This document shows, piece by piece, positions 47,101 through 61,900 of a stretch of 64,000 nt of DNA. Each line of letters opens with the position of its first letter. Position 1 is the stretch's first letter. Position numbers and translations under genes: made by a program. Under the pieces are notes generated by a model. It had not been told where the DNA came from. It did not search any database and saw nothing but the letters and a program-made list of their open reading frames with translations. Source of the DNA: Tubulanus polymorphus (lineage: Eukaryota > Animalia > Nemertea); the NCBI RefSeq assembly GCF_964204645.1, contig NC_134025.1, positions 23,788,299 through 23,852,298 of the forward strand. Reading direction: 5' to 3'.

Positions 47101-49921
47101 AGGATGTGATCATTATAACGTGTCATCGAGGTAAAGTAGTAGTCGATGTTGATAAGACGAATGAAATTAGATCACACGCGAATTCATTCAAAAAAGAACG
47201 GATAAGGCCGTATAATACACTAGGGGGTTAGATTCAATTAGTTATTAGAAGTTCAGGAAAAGTTGTGGGCTCAAACGAACAGGAAACTTATTCAGCATGA
47301 GATTTGTTTTGGACGATTCAGAAATGTATCGTTTGATACCGAGTGAATGATCATATAGATGGTGGTTGTTGTTGCTCAAATGTTGGTTGATATCGTAGAA
47401 CCTAATTATTGAACATATTGACTGGTTCAGTCCGGTAGGGTAGCCATAGTGATAGCTGCCTTATTCGGACACCGCAGTGTTCGGCTTAATTTACGATCGA
47501 ACCGTTACTTGAATATATATTCATATCGCGGCAGTTTTGTAACTGAGAAAATATCGTAGTTTTATATACACAGATTAGTGTTGCACGAGTGAGAGGAATT
47601 ATTATTTCGTTAGATATTATTGCTGATTTTGTCGCGATGCCGGATTGCCTCACAGTTAACCCGTGTATTGTATCACGGCTGTGTATGGCGCGATTGCATT
47701 TGTTGCTGTTGCTGTCGCGTTGACAGGTATTGACTAATTTGTCTCCGCTATCACTGCCCATTTTTAGTCATAAACCGCTACCTCGTCGACGGTCGCGGCG
47801 GTAAAGCTCTGCGGATTAGTTTTATGGTTTTTATTTTGTGTCGACATATTCATCTTATTTCACATTTCGGATTAATTGAGGACTACTTACTGTATACCGT
47901 TGCTGGTTAATGGTCTTTTATAATTCTATTCGTATCTTATTCGAGGTAAGATATTACAGTTATCCCTAAATTCTTATCAAATAGCTTTGTACTTTTTTAG
48001 TATTCCTTGCTTTTCATCGAATGTGTCTAAGAAGTTCTTTTTTTAACCCGTAGATTTTAAAAAGTTGGTTTAAAATGTTATCTCCACGCAACATGTGCTT
48101 ACATCGTGAGCCCTATAAATCTATTCTTAACATATGATCTTAGATTTTACTCTCCTTATGAAATAACTTAGTATAGTGATAAACGAAGAATTGTTAAAAT
48201 ATTTGTTTCTATCAGTGAATATATCATTTATTTCTCATATTTGAATAACCTGTTCTCTACGGAACAAGCTTCGCACTCTGATGAGCGTTGTCCGAGAAGA
48301 TCATTTACCCTAAAGATTTTCATTCATTCTACGAACGGATGACGCAAAGATTACCTTCGCGTGTCTCGTAGCAATTAAATCAACACACCAGAAATTCTTA
48401 CTGGGCGTTGCTATCAAAGTGAGGTGATACATCTCGTCTATGCGCGGAATAGATATTAGCGATTGGTAATTAGTTCTCCATCAGGCAGGTTAACAGGCCT
48501 TCCCAACTTCTTTTTTTTTTTTTAACGGTAGCAAAAGATCTAACCGAACGGTTATTCTTGCTTATCTGTTCTGTCGGCGTCAAAATCTACTCATCTTTTT
48601 AAACTTCCTAAAGCTCTTCAGCGTTGTGAATTTGGCTGCCGGCCTGTTTGTTATATTTCTCCGATCAATCAATGATCGTTCCATTCTGATAAAGCGTCCC
48701 CCTTGATCCTAACATTATCTTCGCGTTTCATGAAATTGCGCGACAGATATTCGTATGGGGGGGTTGTTTAGATATCGTTACGAAAATGTCAAGCAATATT
48801 TATCGGTGGCACCGACTAAGCATTCGTCGCGATAAGTTTCTTTTTAATCAGCCGAACTGCTGAATGCTAACGTTTTGAAATAAATCGCCTCGCTTAAGAC
48901 AGCTCATTTTCACAGCGGATGAGTCCTATGGCGAAGCATTATCTATTTAGTTAGCATACATGGGAATGATGATGTTTGACAGAACGCGAGAGGCCCGTTT
49001 AATGGCAATCCTGTTCGACGCCGTTGGGTAATAAACTGTACTAGAAGAAGCCCATTAAATACAACGAGCCGCGTAACTTCGCCGTTGTCGGAAATTTGTT
49101 TTCAGAGATCAAAGCATGAACATACCTTAACTACATAGCGTGGTAGCTGTTGTTTTTCTCCCGATTCCGAAGAAGATGATGATGATGATATCTCGTGCCT
49201 GTTTCATGGTTTACCTCTGAGCTATTTCATTTTACCTCCGGCGCGCACGTGGTCGTGGATATGCGCGTACATAGGTCTATCTGAAGCGCTTACCCCGTCG
49301 AGATACACCGGATGTTCAGTGTATGTAATGTGCGTACATCGCTAAGTCTATAGTCACATTCCCGAGCGCGCGAGCTCCGGGTAAATGCTAACTCATAGCC
49401 ACAAGAATGTCACGATTATCCTAATTATCATTCGGAGTATTTGACTATAGTGCTATTTACCCGTTCTATTCGATTAGTTTTATGATACGTATGAAGGTAT
49501 ATACATAAATATCTATCGAACGAGAGAACGTTCTCAGTTTTTGCGGAATTTCGTCGGATATCGCGTAGCCTGAAAGTCGAGTTCGCGACGGTCGGATTTT
49601 ATGTCGGAAAATGGTGCGGAATATTCGCAGCGATTTGAGTCGTAAAGAGGAACTGCGCGTACGTCGCCGTAGTTCCGTCATACTGTCCGTAGTCGGGTAA
49701 GTCAATCGTAAGCCCTCGAATCGTCGATATTCCAACCTTAGAAGGGCGTCGGAAACGACTGAAAAATATTTTCAGTCCATTTTTTCTGTCGGTCCGGATA
49801 TATTTGCGAAACGATTTGCCGGCGTGACCCATAAAAGATTTTTAAAAGTCTTTTGTTTCAACGCTAGTTATGCCGACTGAATCTATTAGTTTCATTATAT
49901 ATTTGACATATTTGATAAAAT

Positions 49922-49961
<40 letters not shown>

Positions 49962-52900
49962 GACATACACTAAATGTAAGCTATGGTTTCTATAAATTTT
50001 TCATGGCTTGATATTGTCTGGCACTAAACATGGTTGACTGTCATCTTCTACTACCGATGATCTTCTGAGTTTATCCGAATTACATTTCGATGATATAAAC
50101 GCACCGTTTTCATATGGCTTTTTGTATGAATGAATGAATACGAGCGTAGCCGACTAGAAAAACCGGCGACAATCCGGATATACGTGGCCAATAATACAAC
50201 ATCATACGACTTCTGCTTATTCCGACTCGGCGCTTCACTTCAAATACGGGAAATGAAACTAACTACATCTACATATTATTAGATCCCGTACTGACGATGC
50301 TCAAGGAAGGGGTGAGAAAATGGATCGACATAACAGAATTTTATGGATTATGATATTGAGAATTCTTAATTCTTTCGAGTGTAGCCCCGACCGCCTCGAA
50401 GTCTATAGTTCTTCTCGTTATGGAGTTGAAATTATATACTCAGGAATTGCCTGAATGCCGACGCCGAACCTCGAAGGGAAAAATTCACTTTTCGAAACAA
50501 TTTCCTGTCTCTTTCTTTTCAGGAATTCTCATTAACGTCGCTAACACCGTACCCCACGTGTCTGTCTTGTCAATTATGACGTTAACTACCATTCGAATGA
50601 TAAGGGATGCACGCCGACGACGACAGCTTCTCGTAACAGAAGCGTTCCCGATAATTTCTCGGCGGTGCCAGTTATTTTGCGTCTATCTTCAGAAACGAGA
50701 TGACGTATTATTATGATCTACGCATCCTCAGGTATATTCGACTGTAGTCGTTTTCGTCGTATTTCATGAAGAGCGTTCATCCGTCCGTCTGCTCGTTGCA
50801 GACACCGGAATACTCCGTAAACGGCCATCATTTATTCAAATATGACTCGTCGAATAAGGAGATGTTTGCAGTTTTGACGCAGCCGATATATTAGATATTT
50901 GTCCTGATCTTCAGAGCATTAATGGCTTCCGGTTGGCGGTTAATGCCCTGAATTACCGTCGGCTTCGGCGCGAGTGACTTATCCATATGATTTTGCCGCG
51001 TTCGATTGCATTTCGGATTTCTGAATATACGCGCAGAGTTTTTTTGATCGTCGGTTTCTCGTAATACTGACGGTGAATAAAAACGTTTAGCGCCTTCGAT
51101 GATTTTCTGTACAATCGATAAAAGAGCATCAATCTTTGATCGCGGCCGCGTTTGATTCTTTTTGTCTGGCATTTAAGGAACAATTTTTCGGCGATGTATT
51201 GGTAATTCATCCATGCGCCGTGACAAATCATGTTACTGAAATAAATGATATCATTTGTTATTGTTAAGCTATGTATAGGCTGACCTTTTGCTTCCTGCGC
51301 CGATGCATCACATTTAGACTAGACACTTCATTTTGGCCTTATTAGGCACAGCGGTTTAATCGTATATGTTTAGGTGATTGAATCCGCGGCAATAACTTTC
51401 CTTCTATTACATAAATAAGTTCAGAAAATTAGAGTGATCGTAATCGATGTATTCATAAACAGTGATTATCGTGAGCCTTGGCATTCGGCTTTTTGAAATG
51501 ATATTTGTTTAGCTGACTGAAAGTAAACCGCAGGGATGAGACATTAACAGAAGTTTCCGCTTCCTTCAATATCGGTTCTTTATACCGGTACCTCTAACAG
51601 TTGTTTCCGCTTTCGATATCTGTTAGTTGTACCTCTAACCGTTCTATCCGCCGTTCTTTTTATCGGGGAAAAGGTCAAGGTCATTATATTTCGTCGCTTT
51701 CAAACTTCTCATCTTGAAATTGATATTGAGACGGAACATGTCTCGACTTCGAATAGGAATTGTTCTTCTGTTTTTACATTTCGTATTTCTACGAAGTTAT
51801 TGAATTCGCGACGTAGCCTGAAACCAGGCGACTGGTTTTGGTTTTGCGGATTGGTATACCGCTGGTAGTATATGTTTCAGTGTATTGATGAATCAGATGT
51901 CTTACTGTACTCATTGCCTATGCTGCCACATGTTCTCTCTAGTTATTCGAGGCTAATGTCCGTTTTTGGTGTCCGGGGCGTTCAATTTAATTCATCTCCA
52001 TCGCGAGCGAGGGACTCGTAAAAACAATACTATACAAGCATATCGCTTCCCCGTTCCCCATGCGTACCATATTTGGTAGCGATGAATCAGTCTATGTATA
52101 GAATTATATATTTGCCATATGTTCAAAAATTGTCAAATCCAATCCAAGACTAGCTAATGGGTCTAAACCAATACTGGAAGCGAAGTTTTGTTTATTTCCT
52201 CTGGTAGCGAGTAAGAAGCTAATCAAAAGATATCGAACTCAAGCGCTTCAGGCTTTTGGCGTCTCGATGTCGCTAACTTCCTTTTCTAGTTGTAGGCCTA
52301 CACCAAAAACTCTTGGAAGAAATTTAATATCGTAGATCGATCAATTATACGACAAGTATCTGCATTATATGAGACATTATTAGAATGTGAGATTATTGGC
52401 CTTCATTTTGTCTTGATGAGATGTTTATATCCCGTACATGTATGAATATATCGATTATTCATTTTGCTATCTAATAAACAGAGAGGGCTGCTTTCTTGAA
52501 CGCGCTCGTAAATTACTCCAAAACAAAGAACGAGACGAATATGGTTTTGAAAAATATTTATAGGTTTTCGTACCGGCGGCGGCGGCGGTAACGAGATTCG
52601 TATGCGCGTTTTTATTCAGCCTTTCGGAAACAGAAGAGACCTTTTATCGTCGAATTATGACCAACGCTCGAGTCGCGAGTTCGGCTTATGAATAATTTGA
52701 TGATGAAAAATTGTATATCGATGTTCGTATCGATGTTCGTATCGATGTTCTGACAGAATTAGGAATTCGAATTCAATTTGTTATATACGCAATTCGAGTT
52801 CTCCTTTATAAAAAACTTTGGCACTTCATCGAAAATAACTAATAGATGTGTGAGTGTTAAACGATACGAAAAAGATTTACGATTAGTTTATGAAATGTAT

Positions 52901-55900
52901 ATGTATATACGTAACGTGGTTTTTACGTGCGTGGGGGGGGAGTATTTTGCTTATCTTACGAACGTTCTCGGTCTTGTTTCCACTCGTCAAGAGGAGCGAG
53001 GAGGGTTCTGAAATCATATCTCCTCGTGTATGAGTAACGATGATATTTCAAATATCATAACGATTAGTGATATCGAATACGATATGCGAGTTTGATTTAG
53101 TTAGCATTTTTAGACAGGGGGTATTTATCGCGAGATGTCGACATCTTATCCCCCGCATTTCCCCCATTAAACCGCATCGAGTTCCGGTGTTTGCGAGATA
53201 CGATAGGATACACGTATTAACGCCTCTAGAAAGCCGAGTCTATAGTCAGACGCTTCTTAACAGCAGGTAGATATACGTACATAACGCGTATACATATGGA
53301 CTCCGTTGTATTCCGGGTGCAGCTCTTTCTCTCTCTCCCGGGGAACGAAAATACTCGTGTTTCAGGAATAGTACGGATTTATCAGTTAACAGTCCGGATT
53401 TGTGAAGCGATTATCTAGGCTTCGCGCTTTACGGTTACTTCTGGAATATCGGAATTCGCAGTTTAGAAATCGTTTTGGGGCGCGAGGATTATTTACAAAT
53501 GAATCGCGCCGTTCAAAAACGCAGCGACGTTTGTTTTTCTATACGACATTCCGACAAATGGCCTGTTCTTTGCGTAAACGACAATCGTTGTATAATGTAC
53601 ATCCATATTTGTTCGCAGTCTGTTTTCCGTTTGCTTGCCGCGTGATCGTAGCTGTGTGAGTATACTCGACAAGAACCCCCCTCCCCCTTCGCGTTAACGT
53701 ATTGATTCATTATTTTCAACCAAATAAAGAAGGTTCTAACGTCTCGCCATCACCTTCGCGTATATACATTCTGTTGCATCTCGTCCGTCGGCTGAGAAAA
53801 AAGTGTTATGAATATCTAGCTAATGAAGTGATGGCCCTGGACCCCTAGTTCATTCTCATAGACAATGTTTATGGAATCTTTTACAGAGTATATTCAACGA
53901 GATTTGCCTTTCAAATTTGGAATATTGTACTGAATGTTTTGAATGCAGAATAGAAAATCTTTTACTGATGTTTATTCCACCGATGAGATATTCCTTACCT
54001 TTATCATTGTTGCTGCTTTGGTCAGATGAAATATATATATATATCCCTGGATATATTGTATATCTGGCCACCTTGACGTATAGGTATATCTAATGTATAT
54101 ACCTATCGATGTGTCTAATGTTTCCTATCATTTCCGTATATTTGTAGTGATGACGATGAGGAGGATGATGCAGATGCAGTAAAGCTTGCTGAACCTCTCA
54201 ATATACAACAAGAAGATGGGGATGGAGATGATGAAAACATTCACAGTTTTCCTCTCGGTCCACAAGAAATGGAAGGTAGGTAGTGAAAGGGTTAAAAGTA
54301 TTACGCGAATTGTCGTGGATGATGATCCGGATAAAGCAAATATGTGTCTGATTACCTTGCATTAAATTACAGTGTACCAAACTGTACTACTCGGGGGTGG
54401 ATTTAGGAGGTGGTGTGGACCCCTGCCTTCCCATTGAGGTTGCCCTTTTCGTCAAGACAGAGGTCGTTAAAAGCTTTAAATTTGACCCTCATCCTCTCAG
54501 AAATATCTACAATCAATGAAGGAACCCCGAAAAAAGGCTTTTGAATTGGCTGCTTCACCCAAGAAATGCCTCTTCTTCTGGACCCGGCCTTCGAATTTTC
54601 CTAGATGCACCCTTGCTACTGTACTTTTACTGTACTATATAACCGTTATGTTATGTTCTATTTCATGACACACGCTATATCTCGGTGCTTGCGTTTAACA
54701 TGTTCAGACGAATTATTGATGAATTCTTGTTCAAAATAAAGAGATACGCATTCGCCAGTCCGTATGAGAAGCACATAACGTCCTATACGGCGGAACAATA
54801 TCAATTCTGTAGAATGGTGATAACCACTTGATGATAAGTTTAACGCGCTTGCGGAATTTCATGAATTGATTGAGTGCGGCTATTGTTTCATTTGTGATAT
54901 TTTGCAATCGGAAAAAAATGGGTCGTTTATATTTGCTGATCCAAGTACGGTATTGATTTGATAATCGTGGTCGTTGCTGTTGTTTATTGCTTTCGTAATA
55001 TCAATCATGTGTAGTCATGCTTCAATTCATCGTTTGATTTCGATCGCAGAATAAGTGTAATAATATAATAAATACAGTTCGGTTTACATCGCGCTTACTT
55101 TTTCGTCTAAAGCCGTTTCGCATGATTCGATGCATAGCACGCGCGAGCAGGCGTCCGTTTTATCGAAGTCAAATATCCTCGAATTGGAGAATGGGAAATG
55201 ATATTTATTGAACGGATCACTTTCGAAGCATTCGGCGTAATGATGAATTGACGGCTCTAGTTTTCGGGCCTTGTATTAGTACAGCCCAGAAGACTTGGCC
55301 TCGGTAACAGAAAGATACCAGTAAGTCTTCATTGTGACTGAAAAAATATTAGTGACCAGGGGCCAGTTGCACAGTCAAGACTTAAGTCCAAAAATGGTCT
55401 TAAATCATAAGACCAGCCTTAAATTGTTAGATTGGCTATAGAACTAAGTTGGTTTTAGACTAGTGTTAAGTCAAAGCCATGACTTAAGGCTTCAGACCAG
55501 TCTAAGACCAACTTAGTTCAATAGCCAATCTAACATGTTAAGACCAGTCTTAAGATTAGAGCCCACTTTTGGACTAAGGCATGTCTGTGCAACTGGGCCC
55601 CAGTCATGACTTACATCCAAACTGGCCCGTGGACTTAGAGCAGAATAAATCGATGTAGAAATTTACGGTCCGTGCTTTGTTTGAATTGTAAGCGGCAGTC
55701 GGGCAGTTTCCATCAAAAGTTGATCAAAATTCTGCGAGCGTTATGATTTATTAACCGCGGGGTCATAATCAGTGCGATTCCCAAATGGATCGGTTATAAA
55801 TTCTTGACATTGATGACCTTGCCGACCTTGCCGCGCTCATTATTTGCCGAGATACATGTGAAGATAAATGCCATCCGTGTATCTCGGTAGCGTAAATGTA

Positions 55901-58900
55901 ACCACCCTTCGCTATTCGCGATGGAATCAAATCTTGTCGAGCGCCACAACTGTCATTTAATATAACTGAATCGTGGCAAATGAACTCATACCACTCTTCT
56001 CATTCGACATAGATTCAATTCTACAGTACTTGACTGTCAATTAAGTCCGACAGAATTGAATTTCAGCTGTCATCCACCACCCATCGTATGCTGAAGATGA
56101 TAATGACCTTGCCTAAAATAAATTTTTAGGTCAACACTTGAGTTTGCCGAGGTCATTAACTTTAAAACGAAATAAAATCGGGAGTGAAGAAATTAAGATC
56201 GATTAGTAATAATAGATAATAGTTATTGTTACACTTGTATTGCGCCTATTTCACTAGCATTATCAAAAATTTTCTAATTTAGGAAAACAATGTTTGCTAA
56301 TAATGCTTATTAATTAGGAAACATCAAAGATTCAGAACTACTAGTCTTTATGAATGTTTGGAAAAATATATGGAGTTAAGATGATCTGTAATGTTTGAAT
56401 TGCTTTTTTCAGTTGAGGATGGTGTTCATATACTAGAAGATGGCAATTTCTTTTACGACATTAGTGGACTACCTCCAGATGATACTCATGAATACTTACC
56501 AAGCACGAAAAAAGCAACGAAAATACGTTTCAGTAACGCTCCTATACGGGTAAGTCGAATGTCCCCTCGGACACCACGCAACCAGCTGTTCCATAGGGAG
56601 CGCTCACCCCCTTTTTTCGGCTGACCAAACTTTTCAAAAACATGGTCAATATCATGTCAACAAAAACATACATTGCAAAACAATTTTACACAAAATTCTT
56701 CATAATAATCCGTGTTGATTTTCAGCGTTAAAAGTGCTCGGAATGCACCAGAAAGCATCTAATTCGTCAAAATTTTCTGGGCGAGTGCCCCAGACCCGCT
56801 TGAGGTGCTGGCAGGAGGGCGGCTGACTACCGCATGATCTAAATTGGCCCATTCCTTTCCAATTACAATTCAAATACTATTAGAAAATTAAAGCGCCTTA
56901 GATTTCAATGCACTGTTTATACACTGTTCGTCAGCATGAGTCGATCATTTAGATGTCACATTATACGTTTTTTCCTACCGGTAAGCTCTAGTGTATTTGT
57001 AAAAAGCTTTCATCGCAGAAACAATGACGTACGAATGTAAAAGCTATTTGCTGACGTCTCGCGACATATTTCCTGTGATTGGAGATAACGTATGTACGTA
57101 AGACTCGCCAACCGAGAGCGAATACGCGTTTTGAGAATTGCGGCTCGATTGCGAGCCTTGGGGGCCGTCTGGCTGATTCTATACGGAGGAGAAATTTTCC
57201 GATGATTTATAACGATAGCGAATCTGTTCATGACAACAGATCGCTAATACGCCGGGGTCCGTGTTGGCTGAGACAATTCACAATTTTAGAAAAACCAACA
57301 TCATCAAAATCGCGAAGAGAATATGGAGCATTGATGAATACACGGGAAATGATGTAGACTTACAAAATGTATCTAAGCGTTCTTCATGTGCTTGTGACAT
57401 GGACTGGTACATCAATCATTCTCGAGATAGTGGCTTCAATTCAATCTTCGTGGTAATTCATCTACCTATTGAAGGAGAATTTCGTTATAGCTGTGATCAC
57501 ACGAGCCTTTTTTTGGCCCGGGCCAACCGTTCAGATGGGTGCAAAATGGTCCCATGTCTGTTCGGCCCTACCAAAAACGTACCAAATTTTAACTGGTTCG
57601 AAATGTTACTCACTTCGCTTTGTTTAAGCATTGTTTAATATCAAGTGAGTGATTTACGTATGAAAGCGCTCTCTGATTAAGCACAGACCCAATCGGTCTC
57701 ATTTTTGGTCGGGCCAAACAGGCCCATTGGGCAACTGTGTAAACAGTGCTTCCGGTTCTAATTCGACAAAAGTGATCATGTGATCATGGCTCCTGTGATC
57801 GCATCTCGTGAAAAGCTGGAATGATACACCGTTTTCGAACTGTCAAGAATAACCCTTTTTGCTGACAGTGATAATACACCGTTTGAATTTGAAATAATTT
57901 CGCGACTAATAAATCATGCTACATTTCCTGCTTCGGTATATTGTACTACGGCGGTTCGTTTCTCGTCATTTCGGAGACAGAATGACAGTGAAATTTTTGA
58001 TGGATCGTTTTCGGGCACGTATCGTAAAAACTATGTATGAATTGCATTCATTTATAACCTGCTCGAATAACTTTTAGAATATTACATAAACGCGAGAAAA
58101 TTTTTAAACATCTCAAATCCGCAAAATAGATAGCTGAATTGTTCTAGGTCACAATGAACATTCATTCTTTGTTTGAACTAGTGTCATTTATTCATATTGG
58201 CGATATATATATATATATTTGCTGAGCAGTCGTACAGAACTGCCATGACACCAAGCGATGGTTGAATATGTCTACAAGATTCCCCGCCTGAAGGGGCTGG
58301 AGGCATAACCAAAATGACAGAAATGCCACAGCTATTGTCGATTAATCAATTTATTGAACCCCTGTTCTGAAGACAATTCAATGGATCACCGCCGGAGTTT
58401 CAAAAACACGCTTGTGCCGGGGCTGTCATCACCTATTTCAATTTAGAAAATTGAATTTTATGGTCATTTTGACGCGAAAATGACAATTAACCCTTTCATT
58501 GCCGTTTCATTTCTCAGGAAGATGGGGCCTTTTATTCATAATTCTATATGTTAAAGTTTGCAAAAAGCATATTTACGGATTGACTTGCCAAATTTGATCC
58601 CTTTTCTTATGCAAACCATTTTTCACATAGAAACGTTAAAGCACATGCATAGAAGTTATGACATCAAAGTTGAAATTATTTTTCCGTAGTTGTAGTGCTC
58701 AAAATACTAGGAAATATCATTCCAACATTAGTTGAATAGGTTTATAAGTCAGCGACTGCAATGGTATCTCTGTTTTCCCCCATGAGAGACATAACACTGT
58801 CAACTGTGTTATATCGTCTATGATAAAATTTCTTTGTGTGACGGTTATTTGCAACATAAACTTTTTGTTGCAAATAACTGTCTCAAAAAGAACACTGTTA

Positions 58901-61900
58901 GTAAAACCCTTGGGTCAGTCGGGTCTATGTTTGAAGACAGCGCAACCAAAGTTTTATTAAGCAAAGTGTAGATTGATTTCGATTTGTTGAAGAAAAAAAA
59001 ATAAAGATGGCTTAGTTTTGATGTTCTATGAGGGGTGGATCCAGGGGGACTTATGAAACTTGACTGTTGAAGTCCATCAAAATTTTGAGCGCCCTTTTGC
59101 ATTTTGTCAACAAAAGATAATTGGTTCATTTCAGTGCGAGAGTACACCTAATAGGCCTATGGCCGTTTTTGGGCATCAAAGTCACCTTTTGGGTAGTGAC
59201 AAGTCCTTCAAAATTGTCCTCTAGATTCACCCCTGTTTGTGATTGGCTTGAGATTTCTTGACTCGCAGATACTGTACAAACTTTAAGGCTTCGTTATGAA
59301 TGATTTGAACGTTTCTGATTCAATTTTCAGGTGTATAGTACGTATTCAGTGAACGAATACGACAGACGGAATGAAGATGTTGATCCGGTGGCCGCGTCCG
59401 CTGAATATGAACTGGAGAAACGCATCGATCGCATGGATGTATTCCCTGTCGATCTTATGAAAGGTGAGGATAGTACGTCATATTCATACGATCGCTCTCC
59501 GTAGCCGCGATATCTCATCTGCACAAGTTGCCACTACGTGTTATCTCACGATTCGTAATAGGAACGAAAAATTCATAATTGATCGATGCGAAACGAGTTT
59601 CCGCAGCCGTCCGATGATAAAAACGTATCATGATTTCCAGCGTGGAAAATCAAATACCGCTTAATGTGATACTAGCAGTATTCTTTCGCGAAAAACGAAT
59701 CAAAACTTCAATTTCAATACTACGAAACAATCAGATATCCGTTTCAATTTAGATCGCGCGAATTGATTTTCGATCCGTTTCGAAGACGATTGTCGAGGAT
59801 TAATTCGTTTCCGATTCGTATCTATGATTAATTTCTTTTGTTTTTATTCGCTGGCGCGCTCAGAGAGAATGAGCTCGTGTCGCATTATCAGTACGGATAC
59901 AGGTCGTTAAACGCGCAGTTCACTCCGTCGTTCGAGCGCTGATTTCTATTTTTGATATCGTTGAAATCTTGTTTGAATACGGCGACGATGATGAGCTGCT
60001 CGTAGACGATGTTTGCGAAGATAAAAGTCATCTGCTCAACGAAGGTCGAAGCGTTAATGCCGGAAATCTTCTAGTATCAATAGTATCTTTATTTTGACAA
60101 TGCATTCAGATTTTAGTAGTGACGGTATATTTTTATCGTTCCAGGCTGAAATTTTTAAAATTGTTGATTATTGAAATTTCTTTGAAATGTCTTTCGTTTA
60201 TTCTGTTGTAGGACCAGAAGGTTTAGGATTAAGCATTATAGGAATGGGTGTCGGGGCAGACGCTGGTCTCGAGAAACTCGGTATTTTTATTAAAACTCTC
60301 ACTGAAGGTGGTGCTGCACAAAAAGATGGAAGGTAATTTACTGCAGTGATTTCTATGTAATGAATCGTGAGCTGGAAATGAGTTTGAAATTGAATGATTT
60401 TTTATTGAGTCTGAAATCTGAGTTAGGTTAAGTTCATCCTCCCTCGGCAGGGATTCAATCCTGCTGGCATCGCAAGACATGGCCACAGCACATAACCCTG
60501 CTGCACTAGACCTGGTGCGCATGTTTGCCGCAAGAAAACTTGTGGCACCGCACCGATCAGATTGCCTGTTGTATAATTGCTAAAGCAAATTTCACGAATA
60601 AATTATACCGGTAAATGAGAAAACCTAAGCTAAAATAAAATGTGATTTCTGATAGGCCAGTAATGTCATCTTGTCTAACTCAGGCTAGTCAAACAGTTTG
60701 GCAGTCTCGATGCCATCAGGTTCTAATCCCTACCGGGCGAGGATGGGTTAAGTTTTACTGTTAGCGCCATGATCTGCAGATGAGATAGTTGCATCCATCT
60801 GTACTTTTCTAGTCTATGAATAATGCCCTGAATAGATGCGTAGTAATGCATTAAATACACTCACAGCTGTTTAGGCTTATTCCATTAGAATGCGAATAAT
60901 CATCTGACTGAATAATAGATGTACAGTGATGTATATGCTCTTCATTTTGAAGAGTTCTTTTTGAACCAGTTTCATAAAACGTCCATATCATAACAGCAAC
61001 GGCAACGCCCAGATAAGTAGTAGAGCTTATTGAAATTATGGTTGATTCATAGATTTCTACGAATGTCGATTTGATTTAGTTGTATGTCTTCTGCGCAGGG
61101 GCTGGTCCAGACTGCAGTAAATATTGTCCGTACTATAGCAGAGTAATCTTTAGTGCCTTTTTGTGATCAGTGTAATACTTGTCCACGCATTACTGAGTAA
61201 ATGCATGTAAATAGCTTCAAAAACAAAAGCGAGCCGCATCAATTACTCATTTCTAGCTTCCCATCCAGATCTTCCCTGCTAAAATACAGTATATATGTAC
61301 TTCGATTTCTAATTTCAAAATCAAACCTCCGGTTTCGATCCCGGTAGGTGTGGTGGGTTTGAAAGGGACACCAAATCAAAATGAATCAAACGAAATCTAC
61401 CAATTAAATAAATGACGGGGACAATCCCTATTCTAAGATTTGAAATAGATAGAGTATATATCAATAGTATATTATAATTAGTATTTATAGACATCTGAAA
61501 AATTATTTGTGTCGAACTATATCGATATTCCGAAGGTTAATTGATAATTTCTAATTAGTGCTGTGTATGAATATGGGTGCCCCTGAGAGCTAATGTATCG
61601 ACTTGACCGACATAGCTAATGATTAGAAGTATCTGCACTGATTTCTCTAATTTCAGAATCTTTGTCAACGACCAGATTATTGAAGTGGACGGAAAGAGTT
61701 TGGTCGGTGTAACGCAGGCGTACGCAGCGTCTGTGCTACGCAATACGAGCGGTAAAGTTTGGTGAGTATTTTCCACTTTACGCTGCAATTAGTTACGGGG
61801 CAAAACGCCGCGTCTACCCATTGAAAGCACACTTACTGGAGAAATATTTACATAATAGTAGTGCTCGATACAATTATTGTGAAGCGGTATTTTCCTGTTT

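Noticed and set aside
48046-48060. AACCCGTAGAT resembling miR-100
   Set aside because: Only the first 11 nt match and there is no precursor hairpin.
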